Counted from the first letter of the stretch, positions 28,595-38,691 are shown. The stretch is 64,000 nt of DNA from an uncultured archaeon (GCA_938017985.1 CALIKS010000017.1:496-64495), one strand, 5' to 3'. Numbers and translations are program-made. The notes: generated by a model from the sequence alone, not told the origin.

Positions 28595-29463
28595 GGGACA
28601 TAGTGGTCGAGATATACGTCCTGCTGGGTAGAGAGTTGAAGAAGTGGTACAGGTCTCCCTTCCTGCTTTTGATGACGATTATCCAGCCAGTCATTTGGAT
28701 GGGACTCTTCGGGAAGGCGCTAAACCTTACAGGCCTCCTCCAAGTTCCGGAGGAGCTATTAAGACAGCTGCCGCCGGACGCTACTTCACTAATCGCTGAG
28801 CTATTCAACAAGGTTATGACGAATCTTTTCGGCGCTTCTGGGATTGATTACTTCTCCTACATGTCGGTCGGCATGCTCTCAATCGTGGTCCTCTTTACTT
28901 CGATGTCGAGTGGAATGACGATTGTCTGGGATAGACGGCTCGGATTCCTCAACAAACTCCTAGTCTCACCGGTCAAGAGGGGCTCAATAATAATTTCTAA
29001 GGTACTTTCAGGAGTCGTGAGGTCTATTGTTCAGGCAATACTCGTAATGCTCATCGCGATCGCCCTCGGAGCTAGGTACAGTCCTGCAGGCCCACTAGCA
29101 CCGCTAGTAGCCCTCTCCGCATTGACGCTGCTGTCCCTCGGATTATCATCACTATTCATCTCTATCGCAGTCAGGCTGAGGAGCTGGGAGTCGCAGATGG
29201 CGACGATAAACCTCCTAAACCTGCCATTAATGTTTGCGAGTAATGCGTTGTACCCAATAAAAATGATGCCTGCCTGGCTTCAAGCCATTGCCTCTGTAAA
29301 TCCCATCAGCTATGCCGTCGATGCTGTGAGGCAGAGTCTCTTGATGGGTGCCTCCATGAGTATCTCTGCACTATTGCTAGACATAGGAGCCCTCACGTTG
29401 TTTGCAGCATTATTCACCGGCGTCGGCGTCCTAGTGGCTGACCGCGGACTGAGAAGAGGCTAG
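28591..29463 (+). CDS. ABC-2 type transporter permease
   Basis: Six-TM permease overlapping the ATPase gene by 4 nt, the typical ABC-2 layout. Confidence 0.8.
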   Translation: MRDIVVEIYVLLGRELKKWYRSPFLLLMTIIQPVIWMGLFGKALNLTGLLQVPEELLRQLPPDATSLIAELFNKVMTNLFGASGIDYFSYMSVGMLSIVVLFTSMSSGMTIVWDRRLGFLNKLLVSPVKRGSIIISKVLSGVVRSIVQAILVMLIAIALGARYSPAGPLAPLVALSALTLLSLGLSSLFISIAVRLRSWESQMATINLLNLPLMFASNALYPIKMMPAWLQAIASVNPISYAVDAVRQSLLMGASMSISALLLDIGALTLFAALFTGVGVLVADRGLRRG

Positions 29464-29489
29464 ACATGTAATATCTATATCCTTGATGA

Positions 29490-30542
29490 GTGAGGCTAAT
29501 ATTGGTTTTGGGAGAGATTGAAGTCAGGATTCCGAGAGAGGATTTAGAGAAATGGTTAGAGGAGGTTAGGCCTAGACGCGTCCTGATACAGGCACCGCTA
29601 GGACTCAGACAAGCAGTGCCTATGATAATTAAGATTATGCATGAGTGGGGGGTTGAAGCTTATGTCTCGATGGGGCCATGCTGGGGTGGATGCGACGTAG
29701 CGCTGAGTGAGGCGAGAGAAATTAAGGCTGACGGAATAATCCATGTAGGACACTCCTCGTTCCTGAGCAGCCATCCATTGCCGGTTCTTTTCATCGAGGC
29801 CAGATATGCCGACCCTAGGCCATTGATTAGTATCGCTCATAGACTGGTTGAGGAGCTGAAAGGCTACAGAGTAGTCGGTATCGGAGCAACAGTCCAGTGG
29901 CTAGACCACTTGTCAAAAGTTGCTGAAACTTTAGAGAAGGCTGGGCTCAGAGTCATTATTGGAGAGAAAGGAGGACGCGTAAAGCATGAGGGGCAAGTGT
30001 TGGGATGCGACTACTCCTCATTAAAGATGATAGAGAATAGTGTTGATTGCTTCGTCGTCATTGGCTCTGTCTTCCATGCATTGGGGCTCGGCCTCATCTC
30101 TCCTAAGCCAGTCATCGCCGCTGACCCAGAGTCCCAGAAGACGTACTGGATGGAAGAGACGGTTAGAAAGATACTCGCGCAGAGATACGCCAACATTACT
30201 AGGTTCAAGGAGGCTAGGAAAATTGGAGTAATTGTGAGCACTAAGCCGGGACAGATGCTTCTCGGACTGGCTGAGAGACTACGTGATGAATTGAGGCGTC
30301 ATGGATACGAGGCGGATATCCTCGTAACTGATGAGGTCTCTGAGCACATACTCGTAGACGCTGGATACGATGCATACGTAAACACTGCTTGCCCTAGGCT
30401 CAGCATCGAGGACCAGGCCAGATTCACGAAGCCGCTGCTACTTCCATCCGAAGCGCTAGTCGCCGTCGGAAAACTACAATGGGAGAAAATCATCAGGAAT
30501 GATGCATACCTATTGCTAAGCTTTCCTGAAACTCAGCCATAA
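29490..30542 (+). CDS. dph2: 2-(3-amino-3-carboxypropyl)histidine synthase Dph2 (diphthamide synthesis)
   Basis: Dph1/Dph2 family pattern is present (VLIQAPLGL, WGGCDV, IIHVGHS, NTACPRLSIED). The start codon is GTG. Confidence 0.8.
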   Translation: MRLILVLGEIEVRIPREDLEKWLEEVRPRRVLIQAPLGLRQAVPMIIKIMHEWGVEAYVSMGPCWGGCDVALSEAREIKADGIIHVGHSSFLSSHPLPVLFIEARYADPRPLISIAHRLVEELKGYRVVGIGATVQWLDHLSKVAETLEKAGLRVIIGEKGGRVKHEGQVLGCDYSSLKMIENSVDCFVVIGSVFHALGLGLISPKPVIAADPESQKTYWMEETVRKILAQRYANITRFKEARKIGVIVSTKPGQMLLGLAERLRDELRRHGYEADILVTDEVSEHILVDAGYDAYVNTACPRLSIEDQARFTKPLLLPSEALVAVGKLQWEKIIRNDAYLLLSFPETQP

Positions 30543-30552
30543 ACAAAATAAA

Positions 30553-31155
30553 TTAATTACTTCTTCTCTGGTTCTGTTTGATACTCGTCATTCTAAGACT
30601 ATTCATGACGAAGCTCCTGAAGCCTACGTGTCCTCCAAGCGCAGCCATGAACGCAGCCATAACACTGACCTCGAAGACGCCCTTGACGAGAATAGGCAGC
30701 CAAAGCCCATAGAGAAACACTGGAGAGCCTGGCAGTAAAATAGGTACAAAGATCGAGAAGACAGCATAGATCCATAAGGCTTCTGGCACGTAGCTCAGCA
30801 GGACGACCGGCACGTTGTAGAGAGAACTCCTATCCATCGGTTTGAGTATTCGCGCCAATATTCCAGCAGTGATTCCCACAATTGCCTTTCCAAGGGAGGC
30901 CGTTATTCCGAGCGGCCCGAGGTGGCCTAGGGGTCCAAACCATATTGACGGAACGATGCCCGCGAGGAAACCTGTTATTCCACCGATTACTGGGCCTCCG
31001 AAGATTGCTGCGACGTAGACTGGCAGGAGGGAAAAGTCAAGAGCGATTTGCTGTATCATCGTGGGCGCGATGGTTATGAAGCCGAGCGCGTTGCCGAGCG
31101 CCGCCATCATTAGGACAAAGCTCCACTCCCTACTTCCCATCCTCATTATCTTCAC
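30553..31155 (-). CDS. integral membrane protein (ECF S-component-like)
   Basis: About 6 TM helices. The segment LDFSLLPVYVAAIFGGPVIGG resembles substrate-capture (S) components. No EcfA/EcfT gene is nearby. Confidence 0.45.
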   Translation of the reverse strand: MKIMRMGSREWSFVLMMAALGNALGFITIAPTMIQQIALDFSLLPVYVAAIFGGPVIGGITGFLAGIVPSIWFGPLGHLGPLGITASLGKAIVGITAGILARILKPMDRSSLYNVPVVLLSYVPEALWIYAVFSIFVPILLPGSPVFLYGLWLPILVKGVFEVSVMAAFMAALGGHVGFRSFVMNSLRMTSIKQNQRRSN

Positions 31156-31250
31156 GAAATTCCTAATATTTTCCCAGTATTTAATTTGTTAACTCATTAC
31201 AAAATTTTTGATACATATTAGACAAATTTCTCAGTAATCATATTACATTT

Positions 31251-31535
31251 TTAGGTTAATTTTTTTGCAAAATTCATCAACTCATTTATCATTTCTGGTT
31301 TAGCTATTGCTACGACTCTCGACCTGCCAACCTCGTAAATAGTCAATAGGCCTGCATATTTCATTATGGAGATGTGTCGATAGACCGCGGTATACCTCAT
31401 CTTCAGCTCCCTAGAAATTGCCTTTATGTGCAATGGTCGCTGACTCTCAGAAACTATCTTCAGGATTTTTAGTCTATTTTTATTCCCAAGCGCGTTAAAT
31501 ATTTCAGCTATTCGTGTAATATTTTCCTCATCCAT
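31251..31535 (-). CDS. ArsR/SmtB-like winged-helix transcriptional regulator
   Basis: 94 aa with FNALGNKNRLKILKIVSE...LHIKAISRELKMRYTAVYRHISIMKYAGLL. Confidence 0.75.
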   Translation of the reverse strand: MDEENITRIAEIFNALGNKNRLKILKIVSESQRPLHIKAISRELKMRYTAVYRHISIMKYAGLLTIYEVGRSRVVAIAKPEMINELMNFAKKLT

Positions 31536-31636
31536 GGAAACTATCTGCCAGGTAAATAGTATTTAAATCTTCATTAATTACAATTTTTTGAGTAGCTAAT
31601 CATAATTGATAAATTACAGATAAAATAGGCTGGCTA

Positions 31637-32329
31637 ATGTCCGCTCTTCGGCCTACCAGGACGCTCAGGGTCTCGGTCATCGCGTTGTTCGGCAGCCTCT
31701 CAGCCATGCTTACGCTTCTTCCCCTCGATTTTCCATTTCCTCTTGTCCCCTACCTGAGGTTTGACTTGGCGGAGATTCCTGTCTTTATTGTCTTTATGCT
31801 TTTCGGCCCCTTGACCGGGCTCTTGACGAGCGCCACGTATCTAGGAGTTCTAGTACCAATAACTGTTGGAGAGTGGCTATGGCCCATTGGGCCGCTCCTC
31901 AAATTTTTCGCGACTTCTTCACAGGTAGTAGGCATGTATCTAGGCTACAGGATGTATAGAATTCTGAGGAACGGCGGCTATGCCTCATTCTTCACTCAAC
32001 TCATCGTCCTCGGAATGCTTCTAAGAATCATCGCGATGACTATTGCTAACTACCTCGTCCTAGCAATGACGTCCTCAGTCGAGTATGTCGTTAACCTCGT
32101 AAGGATGACTACTGGATGGAGCCAAGCATCAAGCATCGACGTACTAATAATTATTCTTGCATTGACAGCAGTCTTCAATGCGCTGCATACTCCACTATCA
32201 ATGATGCCGGCAGCAATAATAGTCAAGAAAATATTTAGGGAAGGCTCAGTCATGAGCTATCAAGGTACATGGATGGCTAGGGCCATATTCAAGGAAGACA
32301 CTCGTCAGATAGGTCTTAGGAAGTATTAG
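31637..32329 (+). CDS. integral membrane protein (ECF S-component-like)
   Basis: About 6 TM helices. The segment FDLAEIPVFIVFMLFGPLTGL parallels the motif in 30553..31155. It is divergent from the ArsR gene. Confidence 0.45.
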   Translation: MSALRPTRTLRVSVIALFGSLSAMLTLLPLDFPFPLVPYLRFDLAEIPVFIVFMLFGPLTGLLTSATYLGVLVPITVGEWLWPIGPLLKFFATSSQVVGMYLGYRMYRILRNGGYASFFTQLIVLGMLLRIIAMTIANYLVLAMTSSVEYVVNLVRMTTGWSQASSIDVLIIILALTAVFNALHTPLSMMPAAIIVKKIFREGSVMSYQGTWMARAIFKEDTRQIGLRKY

Positions 32330-33263
32330 CTATGCTTCGCGCCTCGCTTAGCGCCCTCTCGTAGAGCTCCCGAGAGATGCATGAGTTCTCAAGCAAGAGT
32401 TCAAGCTCCTCAGTATCTATTATTCTCCTCTCACCGTCTGGCTTCTCTACTACGTCTATTCCTAGGTCTATGTACCATGCGTGGCTCTCGTATACGTGTA
32501 TCGGGGTAGAGATGTTTATGTATCTGCCCTTCTCAGCGTTGCCCAAGCCATAATACCTAGTATCCATACTCCAGCTGAATCTTCTGAGCCTAGTTACAGA
32601 AACATCGCCGGGAGTCTTATCTATTCCTAAGCCGTCGTACTTTCCGAAGCTCCTGATGACGCGTCTACCAATCAGGACATCACCGCTCCGATAGAACCTA
32701 AACGGGCCTAGCAGTATCTTTCCAGAGAGGGGCTTTAAGTGGTGAATCATGGCGGTGCATCCCTTCCTGGGACCCAGCTTATTTATGAGGAGGGAAATTC
32801 TCTCCTCGGCTATCTTCCTGTCGAGCGAGCCTGAGACTACGAGGTCCTCAAGCATGCTTAGGATGCTGGAGAGTGTCTCGCCTCCCGCCCTGCATAAGTG
32901 ATGAAAGGGCAAGGTATAGGCCACCCTCGACCTTATGTCGTCCAGCGCCTTCTTCGCCTCGATTGGAAAATAGACCCTAGCCGAGGCAATCCCGCCAGAT
33001 AATCTTGAAAGAGGAGTAGTCACTACTTGCCAAGAGATTCTTCTGAGCTCCTCGACAACCTGCTCAACGATGCTGGAGGCTCCTTGAATAATGATGCCCT
33101 CCTTATCGCTCGTGTCTTGTATGATTATCTCAGGAGTTGTCCACGAGGACCCTATCCCGAACCTCTCCTCTTGGCTATGCGTCGGATTAACGAGCTCGTG
33201 CCCAAGGTCTAAAAGATACTTTGAAACCGCGGTCGAGTATATGCCCCTGATGCTGAACCTCAA
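32316..33263 (-). CDS. FAU-1/RNase E-G-like RNA-binding protein (DUF402-type C-terminus)
   Basis: The N-terminus MRFSIRGIYSTAVSKYLLDLGHELV matches the archaeal FAU-1 signature RGIY(A/S)TA. The C-terminal WYIDLGIDV resembles DUF402. Confidence 0.5.
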   Translation of the reverse strand: MRFSIRGIYSTAVSKYLLDLGHELVNPTHSQEERFGIGSSWTTPEIIIQDTSDKEGIIIQGASSIVEQVVEELRRISWQVVTTPLSRLSGGIASARVYFPIEAKKALDDIRSRVAYTLPFHHLCRAGGETLSSILSMLEDLVVSGSLDRKIAEERISLLINKLGPRKGCTAMIHHLKPLSGKILLGPFRFYRSGDVLIGRRVIRSFGKYDGLGIDKTPGDVSVTRLRRFSWSMDTRYYGLGNAEKGRYINISTPIHVYESHAWYIDLGIDVVEKPDGERRIIDTEELELLLENSCISRELYERALSEARSIANTS

Positions 33264-33269
33264 TTCTCA

Positions 33270-35162
33270 TCACCTGTTTCTTAGCGCTGATAGCCTCTTC
33301 TTGACGAGCTCGCTGAGGAAGGCGCCGTCTATCCTGCCCCTATAAATCTTCATGAGCCTACCCATCAATGGGCCGGTCGGGTCTGAGTGAGGCTGCTCTG
33401 ACGTTATCTCAGCGATCAACCTATCTATCTGCTCGACTACTTCCTCGAGGGGTGGAGCCCTAAGTCCAAGCTTGTCCAGAGCCTCGCCTACGGATGATGA
33501 AGGGTTGCGTGAGAGGTATGACAGTACCTGCTTTGCAGACTCCTTCGCGGTCACGCCTCTAACGACTAGCTCGAAGTACTCCTTGACCTTGCTGAATTCC
33601 ACTTCGTCTACTGGGTATCCCTCGCGTCTCAGCTCCTTGTAGCCCTCGGTAAGGAAGCTCGCGGCGAAGCCCGGCTGAATGCCGATGCCGACCAGCTCCT
33701 CAAACTCTTCCAGACGCTCCGAGTCTATCAGTTCCCATATGAGCTGGCTGCTCAGTCCGTGTTTCTTCGAGAGGCTGGATGCGAGTTCGTCTAGCGTTGG
33801 TGGAAGATTAGACGCTATCTCTTCTAGTAGGCTCTGAGTAATTATTAATGGTGGGATGTCTGTCTCTGGATACATCCTCGCAGAGCCCGGTCTCGGCCTC
33901 ATGTAGAATGTAGTTCCGTCAGGCCTCGGCCCCCTAGTCTCTCCAGGCACAGTAGTAATCGCCTCAGCCGCCCTGTTCTTGACCGCGTCCAGCGCCTCAA
34001 GGACCTCGCGCTCCCTGTCTGCGACTAAGACGAATGCATCTATTGGCTTGAGGTTCAGTCTAGAGGCAACTGCCTCGACTTCTTTCTGGGTTATTCCGTA
34101 GGCTGGAAGCTCGTCTGAGTGGAATATTCCTTCTACTCCACCCCATGCCTTTGCATATTCTGAGAGGTCCTTTCCAAGCCTAACCCCTTCGTCATCAATG
34201 CTTCTCAGGAGGCCACAAAAGCCTGGCAGCCTCAATGCATATACTCGTCCACCCTCACTTATCTTTCTCGAGACCACTCTGCTCGTAGTAGATGCAAAGA
34301 TATCCGTCACATCTACTGGTCTTTCTGCCTGTATATTCTCTGGAGTTATTCCCCGCTTCTTCAGCTCCTCCATCAGTCCGAGCAGGTGTCTCAGCCTTCT
34401 CGCCTCGTAGTCAATTATTTTTGGGATTAGGTCGAGTTCTTGGACGCCCTTGACCTCTATTATCCCAGTGCCTCTTATCGAGATGTTCAGGTCTTGGCGT
34501 ATCGTTCCTATGCCTCTCTTGACTCTCCTCGTAGCTCTAAGTATTTTCCCTAATGCATAGGCAGTTTTTACAGCCTGTTCTGGACTCGTGATTACTGGCG
34601 CGGTCGAGACCTCTATTAATGGTATTCCAAGCCTCGAGAGGTCATAGATGACGTGTGTTGGTGTCGACTCGACTATTCTTGCCGCGTCCTCCTCAAGTGT
34701 GATTGTCTGTATAGGCACCTCGAATCCATCAATCACTATTCTTCCACCAGTCGCGACTATGCATGTCCTCTGAAATCCAGTCGTGTTTGAGCCATCAATC
34801 ACTATTTTCCTCATTACGTGTATCTCATCTACAGGCCTCGCGCCTAGGAGCTTCGCGACTGTCAGCGCTATCCTCACTGCCTCCTCGTTCAGCATGTGTG
34901 GAGGCTCCTCATCCATCTCGACGAGACAAGTACATTCCGTGTCGGCACGATAGATTATTCGTCTCATCTTTTTCATCTCGAAGCGCGCCGCTGGGTCTAT
35001 CTCGCCCAGCTCTGACTGAGTCTCCCTTAGCCATCTCGTGAACTCGATTATTCTTCCCCCGCCGCTCGGAGTTGTTTTACAATTGCAGAAGAGCTTTCTC
35101 TCAGTATCTAGTTGTCTGTGAATCTCTATCCCTACTCGTAGGCCTAATTCCTCGTAGTTCAT
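33270..35162 (-). CDS. gatE: Glu-tRNA(Gln) amidotransferase subunit E
   Basis: GatE/GatB-like N-terminus is present (GLRVGIEIHRQLDT..KLFCNC), with an archaeal insertion domain and a C-terminal YqeY-like tail. It overlaps gatD by 4 nt. Confidence 0.9.
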   Translation of the reverse strand: MNYEELGLRVGIEIHRQLDTERKLFCNCKTTPSGGGRIIEFTRWLRETQSELGEIDPAARFEMKKMRRIIYRADTECTCLVEMDEEPPHMLNEEAVRIALTVAKLLGARPVDEIHVMRKIVIDGSNTTGFQRTCIVATGGRIVIDGFEVPIQTITLEEDAARIVESTPTHVIYDLSRLGIPLIEVSTAPVITSPEQAVKTAYALGKILRATRRVKRGIGTIRQDLNISIRGTGIIEVKGVQELDLIPKIIDYEARRLRHLLGLMEELKKRGITPENIQAERPVDVTDIFASTTSRVVSRKISEGGRVYALRLPGFCGLLRSIDDEGVRLGKDLSEYAKAWGGVEGIFHSDELPAYGITQKEVEAVASRLNLKPIDAFVLVADREREVLEALDAVKNRAAEAITTVPGETRGPRPDGTTFYMRPRPGSARMYPETDIPPLIITQSLLEEIASNLPPTLDELASSLSKKHGLSSQLIWELIDSERLEEFEELVGIGIQPGFAASFLTEGYKELRREGYPVDEVEFSKVKEYFELVVRGVTAKESAKQVLSYLSRNPSSSVGEALDKLGLRAPPLEEVVEQIDRLIAEITSEQPHSDPTGPLMGRLMKIYRGRIDGAFLSELVKKRLSALRNR

Positions 35163-36499
35163 GTCTGCTCGGGCCTCATACTGCTTGGAAGCGTCCTGTA
35201 TCCAAGCTCTCCGGCGATTGGTGTCAGCATCATTCTTCTAACATCCTCTAATTCTCTCGTCCTCGCCAGGACCCACATCAGTTTTACTAGGGCAGTCTCT
35301 GAAAGCATGTCTTCTAGAGGCGTCACGCCTACCCTCTTAATGTCTCTTCCATTATCGTATACATACATGTTTACTCTTCCAAAGCGGCATTGAGAGGTCA
35401 TGCCGATGAATACTCCCATCTCTATTGCTTTTCTCAGCGTTGGAATCCAGTTCGAGGCTACGTGTCCAAGGCCTGTGCCCTCGAGAATGATGCCCCTGAA
35501 TCCCCTCTCTAAGAAATACTCTATTATTGCTGGACTGAGCGATGGATAGAACTTGACTAGTGCCGCCTCATCGCTGAAGCCGGGCCTGTAATCATAGCTG
35601 TTTGACCCCCGCTTATTGTAGTGCTCATCATTAAGCACCAATTCATTATTTCTTAGATATGCTATCGGTTCAGCGTTCACGCTCCTGAACGCATCTCTAC
35701 TACTAGTATGCATCTTTACGACCCTTGTCCCTCTGTGGATCGCTATTACGTTGTCCGAGTGCCAGTCATGCATGGCGACGACGACTTCTCCGAATGGCGC
35801 ATAGGCCGCTATCTGGACCGCGGCTATAAGGTTTGTGGCCGCGTCGCTTGAAGGTCTATCACTGCTACGCTGTGCGCCAACTAGGACTACTGGTATTGGC
35901 GTGCCAGCCAATGCGAAGCTTAGCGCGGCCGCAGTGTAGTGCATCGTGTCTGTTCCATGCGATATAACGACGCCTGAATAGCCGCTACGTATCTTCTCAT
36001 CTATCTTCTGGGCAATCTTGTCCCAATCGCTAGGGGTCATGTTCTCGCTGAATTTTGATAATAGTATCTCTGCCTCGACGTATGCTTTTTCCGCGATTTC
36101 TGGAACAAGCGTTATCAGGTCCTCGGACGTCAGTGCAGGCTTCACGGCGCCTGTCCTATAGTCTACCCTGCTCGCGATTGTTCCGCCAGTACTGATGATG
36201 GATACATGGGGGAGATTAGGGTCTAATTTTGGCGGCTCAGGCCTCTTGAATGCTGGCTTAGGCCCCGGCCCTACTCGTCTAATAACTACTCCTTCAGTAA
36301 TCGCTATGCCTATGTTGTATCCATTCCTTAGTTTTATGACGATGTACCCATCCTCCGCATGCTCATACCTCGACATTAAGTATCCCCTATAGACCTCACC
36401 GTCAGGCTTGACTACTTCGACCTCGTCCCCGATATCGAGACCCGCGGCGAGAAGAATTTCTCTGACCCTGCCCCTATAGCCCTGCCAGGACTCAACCAT
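35159..36499 (-). CDS. gatD: Glu-tRNA(Gln) amidotransferase subunit D
   Basis: Asparaginase-like core is present (ISTGGTIAS, HGTDTM, GTGLGHV) with the GatD-specific N-terminal domain. Confidence 0.9.
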   Translation of the reverse strand: MVESWQGYRGRVREILLAAGLDIGDEVEVVKPDGEVYRGYLMSRYEHAEDGYIVIKLRNGYNIGIAITEGVVIRRVGPGPKPAFKRPEPPKLDPNLPHVSIISTGGTIASRVDYRTGAVKPALTSEDLITLVPEIAEKAYVEAEILLSKFSENMTPSDWDKIAQKIDEKIRSGYSGVVISHGTDTMHYTAAALSFALAGTPIPVVLVGAQRSSDRPSSDAATNLIAAVQIAAYAPFGEVVVAMHDWHSDNVIAIHRGTRVVKMHTSSRDAFRSVNAEPIAYLRNNELVLNDEHYNKRGSNSYDYRPGFSDEAALVKFYPSLSPAIIEYFLERGFRGIILEGTGLGHVASNWIPTLRKAIEMGVFIGMTSQCRFGRVNMYVYDNGRDIKRVGVTPLEDMLSETALVKLMWVLARTRELEDVRRMMLTPIAGELGYRTLPSSMRPEQT

Positions 36500-36539
36500 C
36501 TATTGACACTCAAAGCCAAAGATGATTAATCGATAATTA

Positions 36540-36564
36540 AAGCTTAGCGATGCTGGCTAAGCTT
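36540..36564. repeat. perfect 9-bp inverted repeat (hairpin) in the MTase-gatD intergenic space
   Basis: AAGCTTAGC (36540-48), a 7-nt loop GATGCTG, then GCTAAGCTT (36556-64). Confidence 0.6.
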
Positions 36565-36570
36565 AATTCT

Positions 36571-37257
36571 CTACTTGGGCGCTGGCTTCTCTGCCTTGAG
36601 CACGGCTAACCGCCAATGAGGCTCACCGTCCAAATCGAATATAGATGCGTGGCCTAGGCTTGATAAGTATTCCAATAGTCCCCTCATAAGCTTGCCACAC
36701 CTGACAAAAACTTGCTCAAGAATTTCTACTGAGAATCCATGCCTCTCAAGCATGGATATGACCCAGTCGATGCCTACGAGTGAAGAGGCTGTTACTAAGA
36801 GTCTCCCACCGCTCTTCAATATTCTATCCACATCTTGGACATGTCGCCGTATGAATTCTCTGCCATCAACGCCTCCCCATGTATATCTCGGCAAAGGCCT
36901 CGGCGATGGAGTCATGGGGGGATTCAGGACGACTAGATTAAAGGATGCATCCCTCAGGCAAGCAGAGCCATCACTGACCACGACGTCGACAGAGTCAGCC
37001 ATCCCGTTAGTCCTAAAATTCATAAGCGCATTTCTGCAGGCCCTCAGCGAGATGTCTATGCAGACAACGCGGCTAGCGCCCCTCGACAATGCGACTAATC
37101 CCAAGATTCCTGAGCCGCATCCATAGTCCAGCACCTTATCACCAGTGAGGCCCTCCATGTACTTTATGAGTAGCCTCGTCGACCTTCTGGGTGGATAAAC
37201 ACCGCTCCACACATCTATCAATAGTTCCCCGAGACGAGTACGCATCAATTTTATCAT
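36571..37257 (-). CDS. HemK/Mtq2-like SAM-dependent methyltransferase (NPPM variant)
   Basis: GVYPPRRSTRLL resembles VYxPxxDT/SxLL of N5-glutamine MTases. Motif I is VLDYGCGSGILG and motif IV is VVLNPPMTP. Confidence 0.65.
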   Translation of the reverse strand: MIKLMRTRLGELLIDVWSGVYPPRRSTRLLIKYMEGLTGDKVLDYGCGSGILGLVALSRGASRVVCIDISLRACRNALMNFRTNGMADSVDVVVSDGSACLRDASFNLVVLNPPMTPSPRPLPRYTWGGVDGREFIRRHVQDVDRILKSGGRLLVTASSLVGIDWVISMLERHGFSVEILEQVFVRCGKLMRGLLEYLSSLGHASIFDLDGEPHWRLAVLKAEKPAPK

Positions 37258-37279
37258 TCAGCCTTGCAGACCTATAAGT

Positions 37280-38257
37280 ATGAGCATGCCTATTGAGGGA
37301 GACTACGTCTACCTCCGAGGAGTTGGATACCTAGCCGTGAAGGGCATTATCCATCCGCCTAAGAGAGTCATAGCGTTTCCGAAACATCCTGAGCGTAAAC
37401 ACATAGTTGCAAGCATAACTAGCATCGATGATGCATACGCATACCTGAGAGAGACTATGCCTGAGGCCATCCTCTTCGATGACCATTCAGGACAAGTACT
37501 GCCACAGATACCCATAGAAAAAATAACCAGCCACTTATCGGCGAGGGGATGGTTCATCAGGAATACTCCACACGACGAGCTTACGAGAAGAGCCCTAGAA
37601 CTAGCCGAGGAGATATGTAAAAACTCAGGAGTAGGACTCGACTACATGGGGCTTTCAGGATCAATACTACTAGGAAGGCAGCGTGAGACCTCGGACATAG
37701 ACATAGTCTTCTACTCGAGGATGAAGGCAGAAATGATAATGGAGGCACTATCAGACCTGAGGAGGAGGGGAGTCCTAGGCCCAGTCGACGCAAAGCATCT
37801 CCACGACCTTGCCGCTAAGAGAAGCGACTCCCCGATTCCGCTTCATGAATGGATTAGGCACGAGTCCCGCAAGCTGCTCTACGGCGTCTATCGAGGCGTC
37901 ATCTACTCAGCAAAGATAGTTCTACTTCCGTCTGAGTACTGGGAAGAGTATGGCTCAGCGAGGTGGCGAGAATTGGGGAGAACAACATTGATAGCCAGGA
38001 TAATGGATGATTCTTACGCCATCTATACTCCAAACCAGTACGGCATAGAGGTGCTGAGAGTGCTTCAAGGACCAGAGGAGAGTTACAACATCCGCAGAGT
38101 CGTCTCGTTCAGGTCTAGGTTTGCCGAGCAGGCTAGGAGGGACGAGGAAGTAAGAATATCTGGAAGAATAGAGTATGACCTAAAGTCGAAGAGTTTTAGA
38201 GTGTTTGTAGGGAATCATCGAGACGATTATCTACTCCTCAACCAAGACTATTCATAG
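37280..38257 (+). CDS. Pol-beta-superfamily nucleotidyltransferase with N-terminal and OB-like C-terminal domains
   Basis: NTase motif GLSGSILLGRQRETSDIDIVFYS (GS-x10-DxD). It is a paralog of 38751..39764. Confidence 0.6.
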   Translation: MSMPIEGDYVYLRGVGYLAVKGIIHPPKRVIAFPKHPERKHIVASITSIDDAYAYLRETMPEAILFDDHSGQVLPQIPIEKITSHLSARGWFIRNTPHDELTRRALELAEEICKNSGVGLDYMGLSGSILLGRQRETSDIDIVFYSRMKAEMIMEALSDLRRRGVLGPVDAKHLHDLAAKRSDSPIPLHEWIRHESRKLLYGVYRGVIYSAKIVLLPSEYWEEYGSARWRELGRTTLIARIMDDSYAIYTPNQYGIEVLRVLQGPEESYNIRRVVSFRSRFAEQARRDEEVRISGRIEYDLKSKSFRVFVGNHRDDYLLLNQDYS

Positions 38258-38691
38258 GAGAGAAGAAATATTGCCATGACTGCGAAGGATATTCCAGCCA
38301 CATGTCTAGGGGATAACTGGTCTCCGAGAAAAATAACTGAGAGGACTGCTGTGACGACTGGGTAGAGAGCCGTCAATGGAACGGTGATTGATGGTCTGCC
38401 GATGCTGAGGGAGAGCATGAAGCAGACTGTTCCAGCCGCTCCGAGTATGCCTGAGAGGAGCGCTATAAGAGCAGTAGTTCCGACTGCCGGTTTGGGAAAT
38501 CCCTGCGAGTACATGTATGTCGTAAATATTATGAATGTTCCCAGCATGTTGTAGATGATTATTGATGCCCAGGATGCTCTCTCTAGTACAATTTTACTGA
38601 CGAATCCCCAGGTGCCCCAGAGCAATATTGCCATCAATGAGTAGAGAAGCCAGGCCTCAACTCTCATGAGTAATCGATGAATGTCTCTCAA
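38248..38691 (-). CDS. small EamA/DMT-family membrane protein
   Basis: 147 aa, about 4-5 TM helices, EamA-like pattern (LLWGTWGFVSK...LTALYPVVTAVLSVIFLGD). Confidence 0.6.
   Translation of the reverse strand: MRDIHRLLMRVEAWLLYSLMAILLWGTWGFVSKIVLERASWASIIIYNMLGTFIIFTTYMYSQGFPKPAVGTTALIALLSGILGAAGTVCFMLSLSIGRPSITVPLTALYPVVTAVLSVIFLGDQLSPRHVAGISFAVMAIFLLSYE

Noticed and set aside
36515-36535. C-box-like AGAUGAUUA upstream of the 36540 hairpin, considered as a second C/D box sRNA
   Set aside because: There is no CUGA D or D' box at a compatible distance on that strand.
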